A stretch of DNA of 63,155 nucleotides, the filler included, from Reclinomonas americana ATCC 50394 (Eukaryota), in NCBI GenBank assembly GCA_048213135.1. It is 11 parts of 11 records of this genome, joined end to end, with 100 filler letters (N's around TTAATTAATTAA, not from the genome) between each part and the next. Parts side by side here need not be neighbours in the genome. Positions count along the whole stretch, not along the records: positions 1 to 3,976 come from AFZH01017124.1; positions 4,077 to 21,617 come from AFZH01017125.1; 9 more parts are not named here. One strand, 5' to 3'. The notes under the pieces were generated by a model. The model ran no database searches, was not told where the DNA came from, and saw only the letters and a list, made by a program, of their open reading frames with translations. Of this stretch, positions 1 to 12,200 are shown in pieces. Every line of letters begins with the position of its first letter. Position 1 is the first letter of the stretch. Made by a program: the position numbers and the translations under genes.

Positions 1-120
1 TCACTCACTCATTCACTCACTCACTCCTTCACTCACTCACTCACTCACTCGCTCCCTCGCTCCCTCCTCTCTCCCTCCCTCCCTCCCCCTCTCACTCTCA
101 CTCTCACTCTTCTCCTCCCT
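1..120. repeat. (TCAC)n / CT-rich microsatellite tract
   Basis: Visible tcactcactcac and ctccctccct runs ending at an acceptor-like tcag at 121-124. Confidence 0.85.
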
Positions 121-125
121 TCAGT

Positions 126-3100
126 GTTCCTGCGCTCTCGTCACTCGCAGCAATGCGCGCGAGTGTTCTTTGTGCGCACAGTGGGCGCGTGGCGAGTGTT
201 GTTGTATCGACGACCGGCGGATGCGCACAAGGACAGCAATGTGTTGGCGGAGGGCGCACTGGCCGCACAGTGTGCGCCTTTTCGTATGCAGGAGGTGGCC
301 TCGGGAGGTGCTTATATGCAGTGAGAGTAAGGGAGATTGTTGAATGGCAGTCACTCTCAGTTGTCTCTCACCTTTTCCCTCGCCTTGTGACTCTTTACCG
401 TTGTGCTCCTCTTCATTTGTCTCTCCATTCTTTTCTCCCTTCTTTTCCTCCCTCTTCTTCTTCTTCTTCTTCTTCTTCTTGTTCTTCTTCTCCTCCTCCT
501 TCTTGTTCTTCTCCTTCTTCTTCTTCTTTTTCTCCTCCTCCTCCTCCTCCTTCTTGTTCTTCTTGTTCTTCTTCTTCTTGTTCTTGTTCTCCTTCTTCTT
601 CTTGTTCTTGTTTTTGTTCTTCTTCTTCATCTCATTCTTCTTCCTCCCTCTCTCTCAGCACTCAAGCCAACCATCGTTATGATCGCTTGCTGCAGCAAGT
701 TCGTTGTTCACCACTCGGCTTCTTGCCAGCCATCTGCCTCTCATTCTCTCTCACTCACTCTCACTCCACTCATCTGTCTCACAGTTGCGATCTTGCCCTG
801 CGTCGCTCACCTTTCCGTTTCCGTCACCTATCTCTCTCTTTCTCATTCTCTCTCTCTCTTACTCTCACCGCGCTCAAGCCAATCATCATTTCGATCGCTT
901 GTTGCACTCAGTCCCTATTTCACCGCTCCGTTCCTTACCAGCTACTGTCTCTCGTTCTCTTTCTTTTCATTCTCCGTCTCCTGCTTTTTTACCATCCACT
1001 CATGGTTGTCCTCCATCCATCTCACCTCTCTCCAGCCACTCGCTCTGCTCACACTCACTCTTTCCTGTTTCTCCATTCTCCCTTCCATCGCGCTCTTTCA
1101 CTTCGGTTGCTCACCCCTCCTTCCTCCTTCCCTCATCGCAGTGTACGACCTGACGCCGATTGGCATCAGCAGCGAGCGACGATGGGCGACGCTGCGACTC
1201 ACTCTGCGACCGTTCATGTGCGAAGTCGGCACCTTGCAGTTCACTCGCTTCATTCCGCTGGCGCACAGCGTGCTCAAGAGTTTCGTGTGTGCGTATACAA
1301 AAGCACTTCTCTGGGTTCCTCACGCTTCGTTCTGTGTTCGTGTAGCCCCGATGGAGATGGCCACTGGCGAGTCGGATCCCTATGCTGAACATGTGAGCAG
1401 TGGAGAGATGAGCGAGAAGTAAGATGTCAGGCAGCAGTGAATGCTCACAGTGAGCATCGCAGACCGATGGGCAAGTGTTGGCTGGCGGGTGGACTGTGCG
1501 CTTGGAGGATCGACCTGGTCGCTGCTACTATGGTGGGTGCAAGGGTCGGTAAACGGCTGCATGTGAGAATGTGCATCTAAATAGTGTTCAACAGGCACCG
1601 GAGAGCGCACTGGCCCGCTGAATCGTCGCGAGACGGTGTGTATCTGCATGCTTGCGATTGACGCGCTGATGTGACTGCTCATGGGCGTCGCCAAACTGCA
1701 GGTCAACGAGAACTGGAGCACCGACTGCTGGATGAATCTGATTGAGAACACGCAGTATCAGGTGCACCCGTTCGTAATGAGCATCGAGGAGTCGCATCAG
1801 GCGCACGCCATTTTCCTGGACGAGTCGTGGCGATCCGTGTTTGATCTGGTTTGTGGTGTTCGGCGTGCTGTTGACCCCGGCACAACGCTCAGACGCCCAC
1901 CGACAGACTGCGACCGAGACAACAGCCAGCACGATTCAAACATTCGGTGAGTGGGCACGTCATCTCTCTCTCTCTCTCTCATCCACACCCACTCACTCAC
2001 TCACTCAGCTTCCTCTTTCGTGCGATCTTTGTCTCCGCTCATTCATATCTTCATTGACCGTCCACTCTCCTTCGTACCACATTACAATCTCCATCGTTCG
2101 TGTTTCCTCACTGTTGCTCTCTTTTCTCTCTCCATTGTCTCCCTCGCTCTCTCTCTCTCTTTTCTACCCTTGTACTCACCCCCTATCGCATTCCCTCCCC
2201 ATTCGCATCCATCGTGCTCTCGCGTGCGTTGTCTTCTTGTTGTTGTTGCGGCTTGCACTCTGTGCCTTGCGCATCTCCTCATCCGTGTTCACCTTTATCG
2301 TCGTTGTTTTGTTCTTCCTACCCTCCTTTCCCCCACCCTCCCCCTTTCCCCCCTGATGGGAGGGAGGTAAGGAAAAGGGGAAGGGAAGGAGGGTGTACAA
2401 AAGACTGACGCAGCGCACATAGTTATGCTGCAGAAGTTATCGCCCTCATCTTCCCTCCCTCTCTCCCTTCCTTCCTTCCCTCCCTTTGCCTTCCCTTCCC
2501 CACTACCTTCCCCATTCCGCAGGCCCCACATGCGACCTGTACGTGTTCGGCTTCCCCTCACTGACGGAGCGCGCCGATGACGCCGCCTCTCCACCACCGG
2601 AGGATGCGGATGGCGACGGCGCCGGCAGTGGGGCCGAGGACGAGCCACGACTGCGCGTTCCTGCACCACGCCGCGTCGTTGCACCGGCCTCCACACCGGC
2701 CGACGTTCTTGCAGATTTCACGGCGTTTGTTGGCCGTCCGGCGGAGCCACCGGTGTGTTTGTGTGTTTACTCTCTCCGTTGTGAAGATGGGAACGACTGA
2801 CACGAGGTTGTGGTAATGGTGTGGAAAATAGCTGTGGGCATTCGGCTATCATCAGTTGAGTTGCTTGCTAATAATGGTCGCACCCTACCTCTTTGCCATT
2901 CACTCATGTGCGTGCACAGGTGCCGCTGGTCGTACCCTGACTCTGAAGTCATCACTGGCGTGGTAGATACGTACGCGGAGGAGCGCATTCCGCTGGAGTG
3001 CATCTGGCTGGTACGATGCGATGCACAATGCTGTCGCTCTCCTCTTCTTCTCATCGTGCTGGTTCTCCTGCAGGACATTGACTACATGGATGGGTACAAG

Positions 3101-6100
3101 GTGTTCACGACGCATCCGCAGCGCTTCCCCGATTTCCCGAACTTTATCGCCCGCATGCGTGAGCGCGGAGTTCGCACCGCCTGCATCTTGGATCCAGGGT
3201 ACGTCTTGTGTGCCTGTTTGTTGACGTGTCCATGCAGGGAACCTCACTTGTTCTCCACCCACCAGCATCAAGAAGGAGGCTGGCTATGATGTGTACGAGG
3301 AAGCGAAGGCGCGAGGCTACCTGGTCACCACGTTGCGTGCAATCGCAAAGCATTTCTTATCCCCCTGTCGTATTCACTGGCACGCAGGCGTCGTGACGAG
3401 GAGCTTGTATCAGTGGTGTGGCCCGACCCGGCCGGTGAGTGTGCACATCCCCTTTCATCTTCCTGCACTTGGTTACTGAATTGTTGTGTGTTCTGCTCAG
3501 TGTTTCCGGACTTTTCTCGTCAGGTCCTTCATATCAGTGGCGTGTGATGGGTTGTCAACTGACTGATTGTGCACAACAGGAGGTGCGCGAGTGGTGGGCT
3601 CGCCTGTGCCGCGATCGGTATCTGGCAGCGGGGGTACGTGTGAATGTGCTCGCTGCAAAGACACTTGCTGTCAATGTGCTTACACGCTCTCTCTCTCTCT
3701 CTCTCTGACTCTTTTCTCTTGCCCTTGTTTCTCTCGTCTCTGGTCGCATTTCCTCTCGCCTTCTCTCGTCTCCCCTCGTCTCCTGCCATTTCCTCTCGTC
3801 TCCTGTCGTTTCCTCTTGTCTCCTGCCGTTTCGTCTTGTCTCCTGCCGTTTCGTCTTGTCTCCTGCCGTTTCCTCTTGTCTCCTTCGGCTTCCCCCTTTG
3901 CCTTCCCCCTTCGTCTTTCCCCTTCGTCTTCCCCCTTCCGTCTTCCCCCTTCGTCTTCCCCCTTCGTCTCCTCTCTNNNNNNNNNNNNNNNNNNNNNNNN
4001 NNNNNNNNNNNNNNNNNNNNTTAATTAATTAANNNNNNNNNNNNNNNNNNNNNNNNNNNNNNNNNNNNNNNNNNNNCTCCCTCCCCCCTTCTCCCCTCTT
4101 TGCAGTTGAGCGGCCTGTGGGTCGACATGAACGAGCCGGCGGCCTTCACTCCCAGCAAAACCATCCCGCTGTCGTCCAAGCACGGTTCCGCGTACCATGC
4201 GCAGATGCACAATCTGTATGGTGAGAGCGAGGGAACAGGGTGCATTGAGGTCGCACGCTGTCGTCTTGAGGCTCACCTCTCCGCATGCAGGGTTCCACAT
4301 GTCGCAGGTGGCGTCTCGCGTGCCAGTGAGATGCTTGCTGACTTCATTACTTTGCTGACTCCACACGCGCTACTGCAGGCCACCTTTGCAGCGTGGAATG
4401 CCGAGACTGGCAAGTCTGCAGCCGCCGAGGCTTCGGCCGTCGCAGTGGCCGATGACGGGGCGTCATCGTCAGCGCCATTGTTGCCAGCACAGGAAGCACC
4501 ATGGGTGCTTACGCGCAGTGGATTCACTGGTAACGCATTTTTTACGCCTGGGCACGAGCTTCAGAATTTCTTACTCACTCGTCTGCCTCGTCGTCGCGCA
4601 GGAGTGCAAAAGTATGCATGGGTGTGGTGCGTCACTTGGCCGTGTTCAAGGTCGTTGTTCCTTGTCGTTGACTTGCTCGTTCTGCAGGACTGGCGACAAC
4701 ACGTCGACCTACTTGCATCTCGGTCAGAGCATGCCGACAATGATGAATCTCGCACTGTCGGGTGTGCCATTCACCGGCGCCGACATTGGTGCGTTCCTTT
4801 CTGCATTTGCTTCTCCCCTGCATCTCGTCACTGACTTGCCCGTACGACGCAGGTGGCTTTTCCCAGAACTGCACGTCGCATCTGCTGGCTCGCTGGACAT
4901 GGGTGCGTCAACCCCCTCACATCTATTCATCTTGTGGTATTTTCTTAGCATTCACTCCTGTTGCAACAGCACGGCGTACTCTATCCATTCATGCGCAATC
5001 ACTCGGCCAAGGGTACTCGTGGCCAGGAGCCGTGGGCCTTTGGGGCCGACACGTGCGCCATTGTGCGTTCGGCCATTCGCTTCCGCTACCTCATTCTGCC
5101 GGTACGCGTTGACGCACATTGTTTGCACTCCATTCTGTCGTTCACCAACCCCTCTCTGTGCAGTACATTTTCACCGAGGCACTCGCGTGCTGCGAGACCG
5201 GCCTTCCTCCTCTGCGACCTCTGCTGCTCGAGTTCCCGTTCGATTTGCAATGCCGCAACATTGAGGACCAGGTGCAGTTTCTTGAGCCCATTGACCCCGT
5301 GGCCCCTCTACGTCACTCACCTGTGCAACCGCAGTGGATGTATGGCTCGCACATGCTGGCGGCACCGATTCTGCAGGCGCACACCAATCATCGTCACGTC
5401 TACCTGCCGGCGGGTGTGTGGCAGGACATGTTCACTGGCCAGGTGATTCAAGGCGGCCGCCACATTGTCGCCGAGGTGCCGCTGGAACGCACAGCACTGT
5501 ACCAGCGAGCCAGCTCGGCCATCCCACTGCAGCAGTCCGAGGCCCTCAACACCTCGAGCAGCTCGTACCTCACTCACGTCGTGTTGCGTCTCTTTTTCTT
5601 TCTTCAATTCTCCTCACACCAAATGTGACTCACGCTCTGCTGGCGCGGAAAACAGGTGGCGCATCTTCCACGGTTACAACACGCACGCCGAGGGCATTCT
5701 CCGCCACCGACAAGTGCGTGACGGCCAGCTGGAGGACTTCACCATGAAGCTGAGCACGGCACATCTGCCGCCGCCAGAGAGCATCGACGGCACGATCTGC
5801 GAGGTGACAATCCAGCCGTCGGGCAACGTGTCGCGTGTGGCGGTGAGTGGAGAGAGTGGACTGCACAGAGAGACTGGAGCCTCACCTTTCGTTTGTCTCC
5901 TCCTCTCGCTCGCAGTCGGTCACCATCGAAATCAGCTTTGAGCAGCAGCCACGGCGAGTGGAGCTGGTCGGCGCCACCGGCCTCGCCGAGCCAGTGGCCA
6001 ACGGCGACCTGGAGCCACTGTCGTTCCGCCACAGCGTCCTCGACCAAGTGCTGGCACATCGCGAGCGCGCGCAGTCACCCACCAACGTCCGCCCCGCCGA

Positions 6101-6197
6101 GCTGCGACACCTGTGGCTTGTCGAGCTGCCCTTCGTGCCCACCGCACTGTCGTCCTCCGACCCCGAAATCAAACTGCTTTTGCAAGTGGAGTACTGA
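126..6197 (+). CDS. Glycoside hydrolase family 31 alpha-glucosidase, multi-exon, 5' partial, spans first assembly gap
   Basis: Spliced exons give CRWSYPDS, IPLECIWL-DIDYMDGYKVFT..RFPD, ILDPG, the nucleophile motif GLWVDMNEPAAF (~4107-4148), TRSGFTG, the acid/base motif W-TGDN, SGVPFTGADIG, YPFMRNHS..QEPWAFG and VYLPAGVW. Ends LLLQVEY-TGA at 6197. The 5'-most exons are less certain. Confidence 0.93.
430..655. repeat. (TTC/CTT/TCC)n pyrimidine microsatellite, intronic
   Basis: About 220 nt of almost pure ttc/ctc/ttg triplets. It generates the poly-K/E, poly-F/S and poly-L ORFs in the ORF track. Confidence 0.9.
3720..3976. repeat. Degenerate ~10/20-nt pyrimidine-rich minisatellite (e.g. tttcctcttgtctcctgccg) in a GH31 intron, running into the gap
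   Basis: Repeated tcctgccgtttcgtcttgtc and ccttcgtcttccc units visible directly. Confidence 0.85.
3977..4076. other. Artificial scaffold linker N44-TTAATTAATTAA-N44. Identical linkers at 21618-21717, 35181-35280, 39521-39620, 41598-41697, 43607-43706, 46407-46506, 47667-47766, 54197-54296 and 57948-58047
   Basis: Ten identical 100-nt blocks with a six-frame-stop core. GH31, eIF3m and probably the EEP gene continue across linkers, so contig order appears real. Confidence 0.98.
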
Positions 6198-6547
6198 GGG
6201 ATAAGAACAGAGAGTGTGAATACCGTCGTTGTGTGGACAAGTCGCGCTGTTTGGTATGCATGCTCCTGTATCTCCCCCGGCATGTAATCTTCACCTTCCC
6301 ACAAACATCATGCAATGCTCGGCTCCAGGGTGTCACAGTCTCTGCGTTCATGCCTTGCAACAAGCAAAGTGTGGAGCAAAAGACTGCAAGCAACTTGTGC
6401 TGCGAAGAATGCATATTCATCGTCGCACGTGAGTCACACCACACGGCAGACAACATTTTGCGCACTCACTCTCGCACTCACACACTCGCACACTCTGCGT
6501 AGCATTAAGATAAAAGAGAGGCACACTCAACCCTCTCATCTTTTACC

Positions 6548-7579
6548 ATGGCGACAGGTGCGCATCACACACAACGCATGCACAAACACATATTCATGCA
6601 CTCACTCTCACTTCTCACAGCCTCCGCCACACCCTCCTCACCCTCAGCTGCCGCGCCAGCACCCACACTCTCCGCACCTCCTCCTGCCTCATCATCATCA
6701 TCATCTCTCCGCTCACGTGGCGCACCACCTCCCATCACCATGGCACCCGGTCGCCGACCACCAATGCCACCAGGCGGAGTGCCCGCGCACCTCGTCTCCA
6801 CACCCGACCCCGACTCCCCGCGCCAACTGCGCTCCTCAGGCGCCGCCTCCTCCTCCCACTCGGCCTTCTCACCCGCCTCGCCACACGAGTCACCGCGCAG
6901 TGCAATCCGCTCACCGCAGTCACCTGGCGGAGCTGCAGCAGCCACTGTAACAACAGCAGCAGCAGCTGGGGGAGCTGTAGACAAGCGAGGGGCGTTGCAG
7001 GAGACGACGGCATCATCGCGGCAGTTGCTGGGCATGTTGTCGGTGGAGGAGGGAGCAGAGCGCGTGGCCACGTTGAGCGTGTCGGCACCGTCAAAGGTCG
7101 CCTTTGACTCACCACTGAGCCGCCTGGAGCCGCCGTCTGTGACCATGGCCTCTGCTGCTGCTGCACCTCCAGCAGGTGCAGCGTCGGATGAGAGCGTTTC
7201 GCCGGAGCTGGCAGTGGGCGCGGCGATTTTGGTGGATGTGGACGACGGTGTGGCGGGGTTGCTGTCGACGGCGCCTGTGTCAATATCCAATGGTACCGCG
7301 GCCATGGCCATCAACGCCAATGCACGCGGTCTCACCGGTCGCATGCCGCCGATGGTCGACGACAACTTTCTCAGCGTTGATTTTGCCATCGATCGGCAAG
7401 AGGAGGAGTCGTTCTATGCGCCGTCGACGCCCTCGTCGGGGGCGCCAGACGAGTCGCACGAGAAGCTCTTTGATATGGACAGCGAGACAGCAGACTCGCG
7501 CTCCGACCGCGACGATGATGACGACGACGCAGGCGCCGAACCACTGTCACCATTCGGCGTTGCGCGTGGCGGCGACTGA
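6548..7579 (+). CDS. Hypothetical Ser/Ala/Pro-rich disordered protein (~320 aa) with acidic C-terminus
   Basis: ATG GCG ACA G|gtgcgc...cacag|CC gives a 10-nt first exon, then a long open exon 6621-7579 ending GVARGGD-TGA. No recognisable domain. Confidence 0.65.
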   Translation: MATGAHHTQRMHKHIFMHSLSLLTASATPSSPSAAAPAPTLSAPPPASSSSSSLRSRGAPPPITMAPGRRPPMPPGGVPAHLVSTPDPDSPRQLRSSGAASSSHSAFSPASPHESPRSAIRSPQSPGGAAAATVTTAAAAGGAVDKRGALQETTASSRQLLGMLSVEEGAERVATLSVSAPSKVAFDSPLSRLEPPSVTMASAAAAPPAGAASDESVSPELAVGAAILVDVDDGVAGLLSTAPVSISNGTAAMAINANARGLTGRMPPMVDDNFLSVDFAIDRQEEESFYAPSTPSSGAPDESHEKLFDMDSETADSRSDRDDDDDDAGAEPLSPFGVARGGD

Positions 7580-7610
7580 GGAGCCGCCGACCAGCGGCGT
7601 CATTATCATC

Positions 7611-7985
7611 AAGGCATTAAGCAAGTAAAGAAGAACAGAAGGAACAGCGACTGTGTCTCTCCCTCAAGTAATCCCCGCCCTCGCTTCTCTTTCTCCGACG
7701 GTGTCGCCAACACCAAGCGCATTAAGCAAGCAAAGAAGAACAGAAGGAACAGCGGCTGTGTCTCTCCCTCAAGTAATCCCCGCCCTCGCTTCTCTTTCTC
7801 CGACGGTGTCGCCAACACCAGGCGGATTAAGCAAAGAAGACCAGTCGAACAAGCAAAGTGAACGGCTGTGTTTCTCCCTCAAGTAATCGTGCTGTCCTCG
7901 TTTCTCTTTCCCCGAACATCAAGCGCAATAAGCAAGCAAAGAAACAGAAGGAACAAACAGAGTGAGCGGCTGTGTCTCTCCCTCT
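7611..7985. repeat. ~105-bp tandem repeat, two near-identical copies plus ~1.5 degenerate copies
   Basis: gcattaagcaag...ctgtgtctctccctcaagtaatccccgccctcgcttctctttctccgacggtgtcgccaacacc at 7614 and 7719, with decayed copies near 7824 and 7922. Confidence 0.92.
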
Positions 7986-8051
7986 CCTTTCATCTCCTTC
8001 CAGATTTCATTCCGTCCCTGCATGTCGTCCGCGCTGCGCACACTATCGTAC

Positions 8052-8938
8052 TCACACGCGCGCCGACACAATAGCCTGTCGCCACGCAAACGCAGCCGCA
8101 CCGACCAGCACTCGTCGCATGGGCTCCGCCACACGAGCCGGCAGCACCTTTCTTGCGGGATCGCGCACCAACAGCAACACGGTGGCGAGCAGAGTGTAAA
8201 ACGCCGGCGCACACTGCGTGCTGTCGGGCGACGCGTACCACGAGCGCTTCTGGTAGAGAGAGAAGCCCGAGGCGGCCAAGATGAAGATCATGGCCGGTCG
8301 CTGCACGTGCTGACGCACGGCCGAGTCACTGTCGAGCACAAACGCCACCAGTGCAATCAGTCCCGTGTACACCAGCAGCGACACGAGGAAGAACGAGCGC
8401 CACTTGTTGTTGGTGAGGTTGGGGTACAGCAGGTCTTTTCCACCCCGTTGCACACACATGAGCATGAGCATGAGCAGGAGAGATGTAAAGAGAAAGAGAC
8501 CGACCTGCAGTGCCGAATGCAAAGAGTCCGACGGCCATTGCGCCTGACACCAGTTGACCAGCAAAGTGAATGTGATCGGCGAGTGACAGGTGGATCTTGC
8601 CCGGTGTCACGTGGCCAAACACGCCTGCCCAGAGAGAGTCAGCGAGAGAGGCATGGTCGGCATGTCCGTGTCACACACACACACACTCTCTCTCTCTCTC
8701 TCTCACTTTGTGTTCCTTCCTTCCAACTGCTCTCATTCTCTCTCTCTCTCATGAGCGTACCTGTCAGTGCTGTGATGGAGATGATGGCGAATGCAGTGGG
8801 GAACACGCAGCAATCGGCGCCAAGTCGCACATCGGTGTCGTAGGCGACGAATGCACACACGGCGCACAGCAGTGCCTCCCACACCCACACGGACGTGAGA
8901 AGAGAGTGCGAGGAGGAGGAGGCGACAGCACTTCGCAT
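8052..8938 (-). CDS. Hypothetical multi-pass membrane protein, intron-containing
   Basis: Exons MRSAVASS..WEALLCAVCAFVAY..FAIISITALT and ..ALQVGLFLFTSLLLMLMLM..FFLVSLLVYTGLIALVAFVL..AFYTLLATVLLLV. Several hydrophobic helices and canonical intron ends. Confidence 0.65.
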
Positions 8939-9273
8939 TCGTTTTTTTCGAAATAAAAAGTTCTCACTCGCGTGCAGGACGACTTCTCATGCCCAGCATT
9001 TCTCCGATCCGCGGCAGCACTGAGCTGCAGGCCAGAGAGTTGTGCGCAAAACAGACACCAGCAATCACCCTTTGCGAATAAAGAGAAAGAAAGTGAATGC
9101 TGAACTCTGTTGGTCAACGTTGACAACGATGATTGCAACATGTGCAGTACAGATATATAATGAACATCCAAGGAGGAGAAGCAGTCGCTGAACTCTGTTT
9201 GTCAGCGTCGACAACGATGAATGCAGCACTACATTCCCTTCCCCCTTTATCTCTCTCTCTCTCTTTCCACTCT

Positions 9274-12200
9274 CTAATCGTTGGTCACCACGTTCATGTA
9301 GTGACGGTATGTCGTCATCAGCGTCTCGGTGAACAGCAGCACGCCCTGCTCGTCGACGTCGGTGATCACTGTAAAACACTCGTCATCAGCACTGAAGACA
9401 ATCAACCGAAGCAACGCAGCACAGCACGCACCCTTGAACTTGATCAGTCGATCGGTCTTCTTGCGGCTGAAGAGGCCCGACGAGTAAGGCGTGCGCAGGT
9501 CGAGACGGATCATGTCGCCATGCGGCCCAATGTCTTTGACGTCTGCGCAACAACAACAACGGATTTAGTGTTTGTGTGCAGAGCGTGAAAAGCACCGCGT
9601 TGACGAAACTGGCAAACGTGGTCACCCACTCCAGGTCGTACTTGCGACTGCCGACCTCGATCAGGCGCAGATCGGTGATGATAAAGATGCGGTCGTCGTT
9701 CTCAAAGTGGAAAATGTACTCGTCTGCGAGAAGAGACAAGTCAGTGCTTCCGCCTCTTCTTCTGCCCTCCCCTCACAATACACACACACCGTTAAAGAAG
9801 CGCGCATCGGCAGCCGCGTACATCATCACCTTGCCCTCGGCGGCGTCCTCGTCGTACGGCTGCGCACGCAAAGTAACAGTGAGCAGCGGAAAAAAATGGA
9901 GAACCGGAATCAACAACATCGCCGAACCAGCATGACATTGTGCTTGTCAAAGGCACGCGGATTGCGCAACCGCAGACCACGAGCCTTGCGGTCCAACAGG
10001 GTCGTGGTGTTCTTCAGACCCTCGCCGGTCTTGCTCACCATGTCCACTGCGCCTGTCACCGGTTTGACCACCACACTGTGCGACGTAGCAGGTGAGCGAC
10101 AGAATGAATCGACCACCCGTGTCTGCTTTGACGCACCCCACGAGTCCCTTGCCGACACCCTTGAAGAACCCGGCAACACCGCCACTCCTGGCACCCTTGA
10201 ACGGATCGACAAAGATGCCGGTGATGCCGGTGAAGAGACCGCGGCCGAGACTCTGGCCGCCCTGCCACAGTCCCTCCAGCATGTGACGCGGGCGCTTGCG
10301 CACAAACGCCTGTCGTCGTGCAATGTAATCGTCGTCCATGGAGAGTGCCGCAATGCCTTTTCCAAGACTGCCGGTGACCTTGGAAGCGGTATTGAAGACG
10401 CCGTGCAGCGAGTTCTTCACCAGACTGAAGGTACCCTGTGACATTAAAATAATGCAGGGCGTGAGCATCTCTGCTGCGACGAGAGAGAGGTCCCATCAAA
10501 TCAAAACTCACCTTGGCCACACCGGCTCCAAACTGCACCGGCGACTTGACGGCTCCCTTGGCGGGTTCCACGAAAAAGTCACGCACGCCCGTGCCGAGGT
10601 TCGTGACGAGACCGACTGGGTTGCCGAGAATGTCGATCGAGCCCACCACTTTGTACGCCTGCGCAGGAGAGTGGTGAGCAACAAGCACACTGCGCCGACA
10701 CCACCGACCAATTGTGCAAACGCACCTGAGAAATGGCCGAGTTCTTGTACTTGGCAATGAGGCGATTCGTCAGGCCCGCCGACGTCTCGCTAATGTATTG
10801 TGCATGCCACGCGTTGAACTGAAGATGCGCACGGTCGACGTTCTTGAAAAAGTTGCCCAGCATGTCCATCACCGGGTTGTGGCTGCGCACGGACAGTCAG
10901 CATAAAGCGCGGACCACACTCGCTGGAGGGACATCGACGCACAAGAGGCCAAACGAATGCTTCGCACTCGGAGTCTTGTTGGCAATGAACGACACAAAGA
11001 GCGCCATCGATTCGAGCACCATTTCACGAATGTAGACGCGCCCACTGGCGCCGACCGGCACCTCTGGCATGTCGTTGATCACCGACCTGCACAGGATCGT
11101 CGTCAGTGAACCGTTAGAACGCACACACAAGGCCATCACCATAGATTGACGCACAGGGCCAGCTGCTTCTCCGGGCCGACCACCTTGCCCGTCACTTCAC
11201 CGAAACCGGAGACAAAGTCAATCACACCCCACAGCAGCGTCTCGTCGACCACGATTTCCATCTCTTGCAACAGGAAGCCAATATACTTGTAGTACGACAG
11301 TGAAGGATCTGCGTGTTACGCAGTGTCGCATGAGTACCACAAATTCGTCGCAGAAGTCGTGCCTTCTTTCCCTCTCTTCTCCGAGTCTTGCCTCATGATT
11401 TTCCATGTCTCTCTTGCCTCTCCTCGCAGCCTCTTCCCTCGTGTCCTCTTCCCCTTCCTGTCCATCTATCTCCCCCAATCCTCCTCCTCGACTCTCTCCT
11501 TTGACCAAGTTCCCTGTCCCTCTCCCTTTCCCTCTCCCTCCCTCCCTCCCTCTCCCTCTCCCTCTCCCTCTCCTTCTCCGTTTCCTTTCCCTGTTGCTCT
11601 CTCCCTCTCCCTCTTTCCCTGTCCCCTCCATTGCACTCACCACCCAACACCTTGATCATGCTAAAGTGCAGGAACGGCTTGTCCACATCGATACTGCCGG
11701 CCGGCTCCAGCAGCACTGGATGCAAGAAACGACGCAGTTGGTTGTCGATCTGAATCTCCAGCACCTGCACCTCCAGCGACTGCTCCTCGCCCGTGTTGCG
11801 CATGTGCACCACCGGAAGCGTGACGGTGAGGAACAGCAGCTCCTGCAAAGCACCACATGAGAAGCAGACGTGTGTGAGAGAGGGAGCAATAAACAGGCAG
11901 AAGGCTGGTGGAGACGTAACTCTGGGCTTCTGGTCGACCACCGACAGGCTGACCACCGGCAGGCGCACGCCGACCTCGAAAATGTTCAACAGGCGACCCA
12001 GTGTTGCGCCATCATTTTGATCGCCAGTGCCACCAGTCTCCTCGTACGAGAGGCGGAGAACGCGAGTGGGGCCCTTGGTGCGCACCACACCATACACACG
12101 ACGACGATTCTGCGAGCACGATGAGTTGGCTGACACAGAAGAATCTTGGCCGCCAAGCCATGAAGCGCTCGACACACGCACCAGCTTCATCAGCCTGCGG

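Noticed and set aside
121..1422. Long poly-Lys/Glu, poly-Phe/Ser and poly-Leu ORFs (121-630, 153-1388, 344-682, 403-1422)
   Set aside because: Products of a stop-free (TTC)n/pyrimidine intronic tract. Only short embedded exons of the GH31 gene are plausible.
4021..4032. TTAATTAATTAA palindrome recurring ten times (could suggest TTAA target sites or a repeat array)
   Set aside because: Always centred in identical N blocks. It is an artificial six-frame-stop linker.
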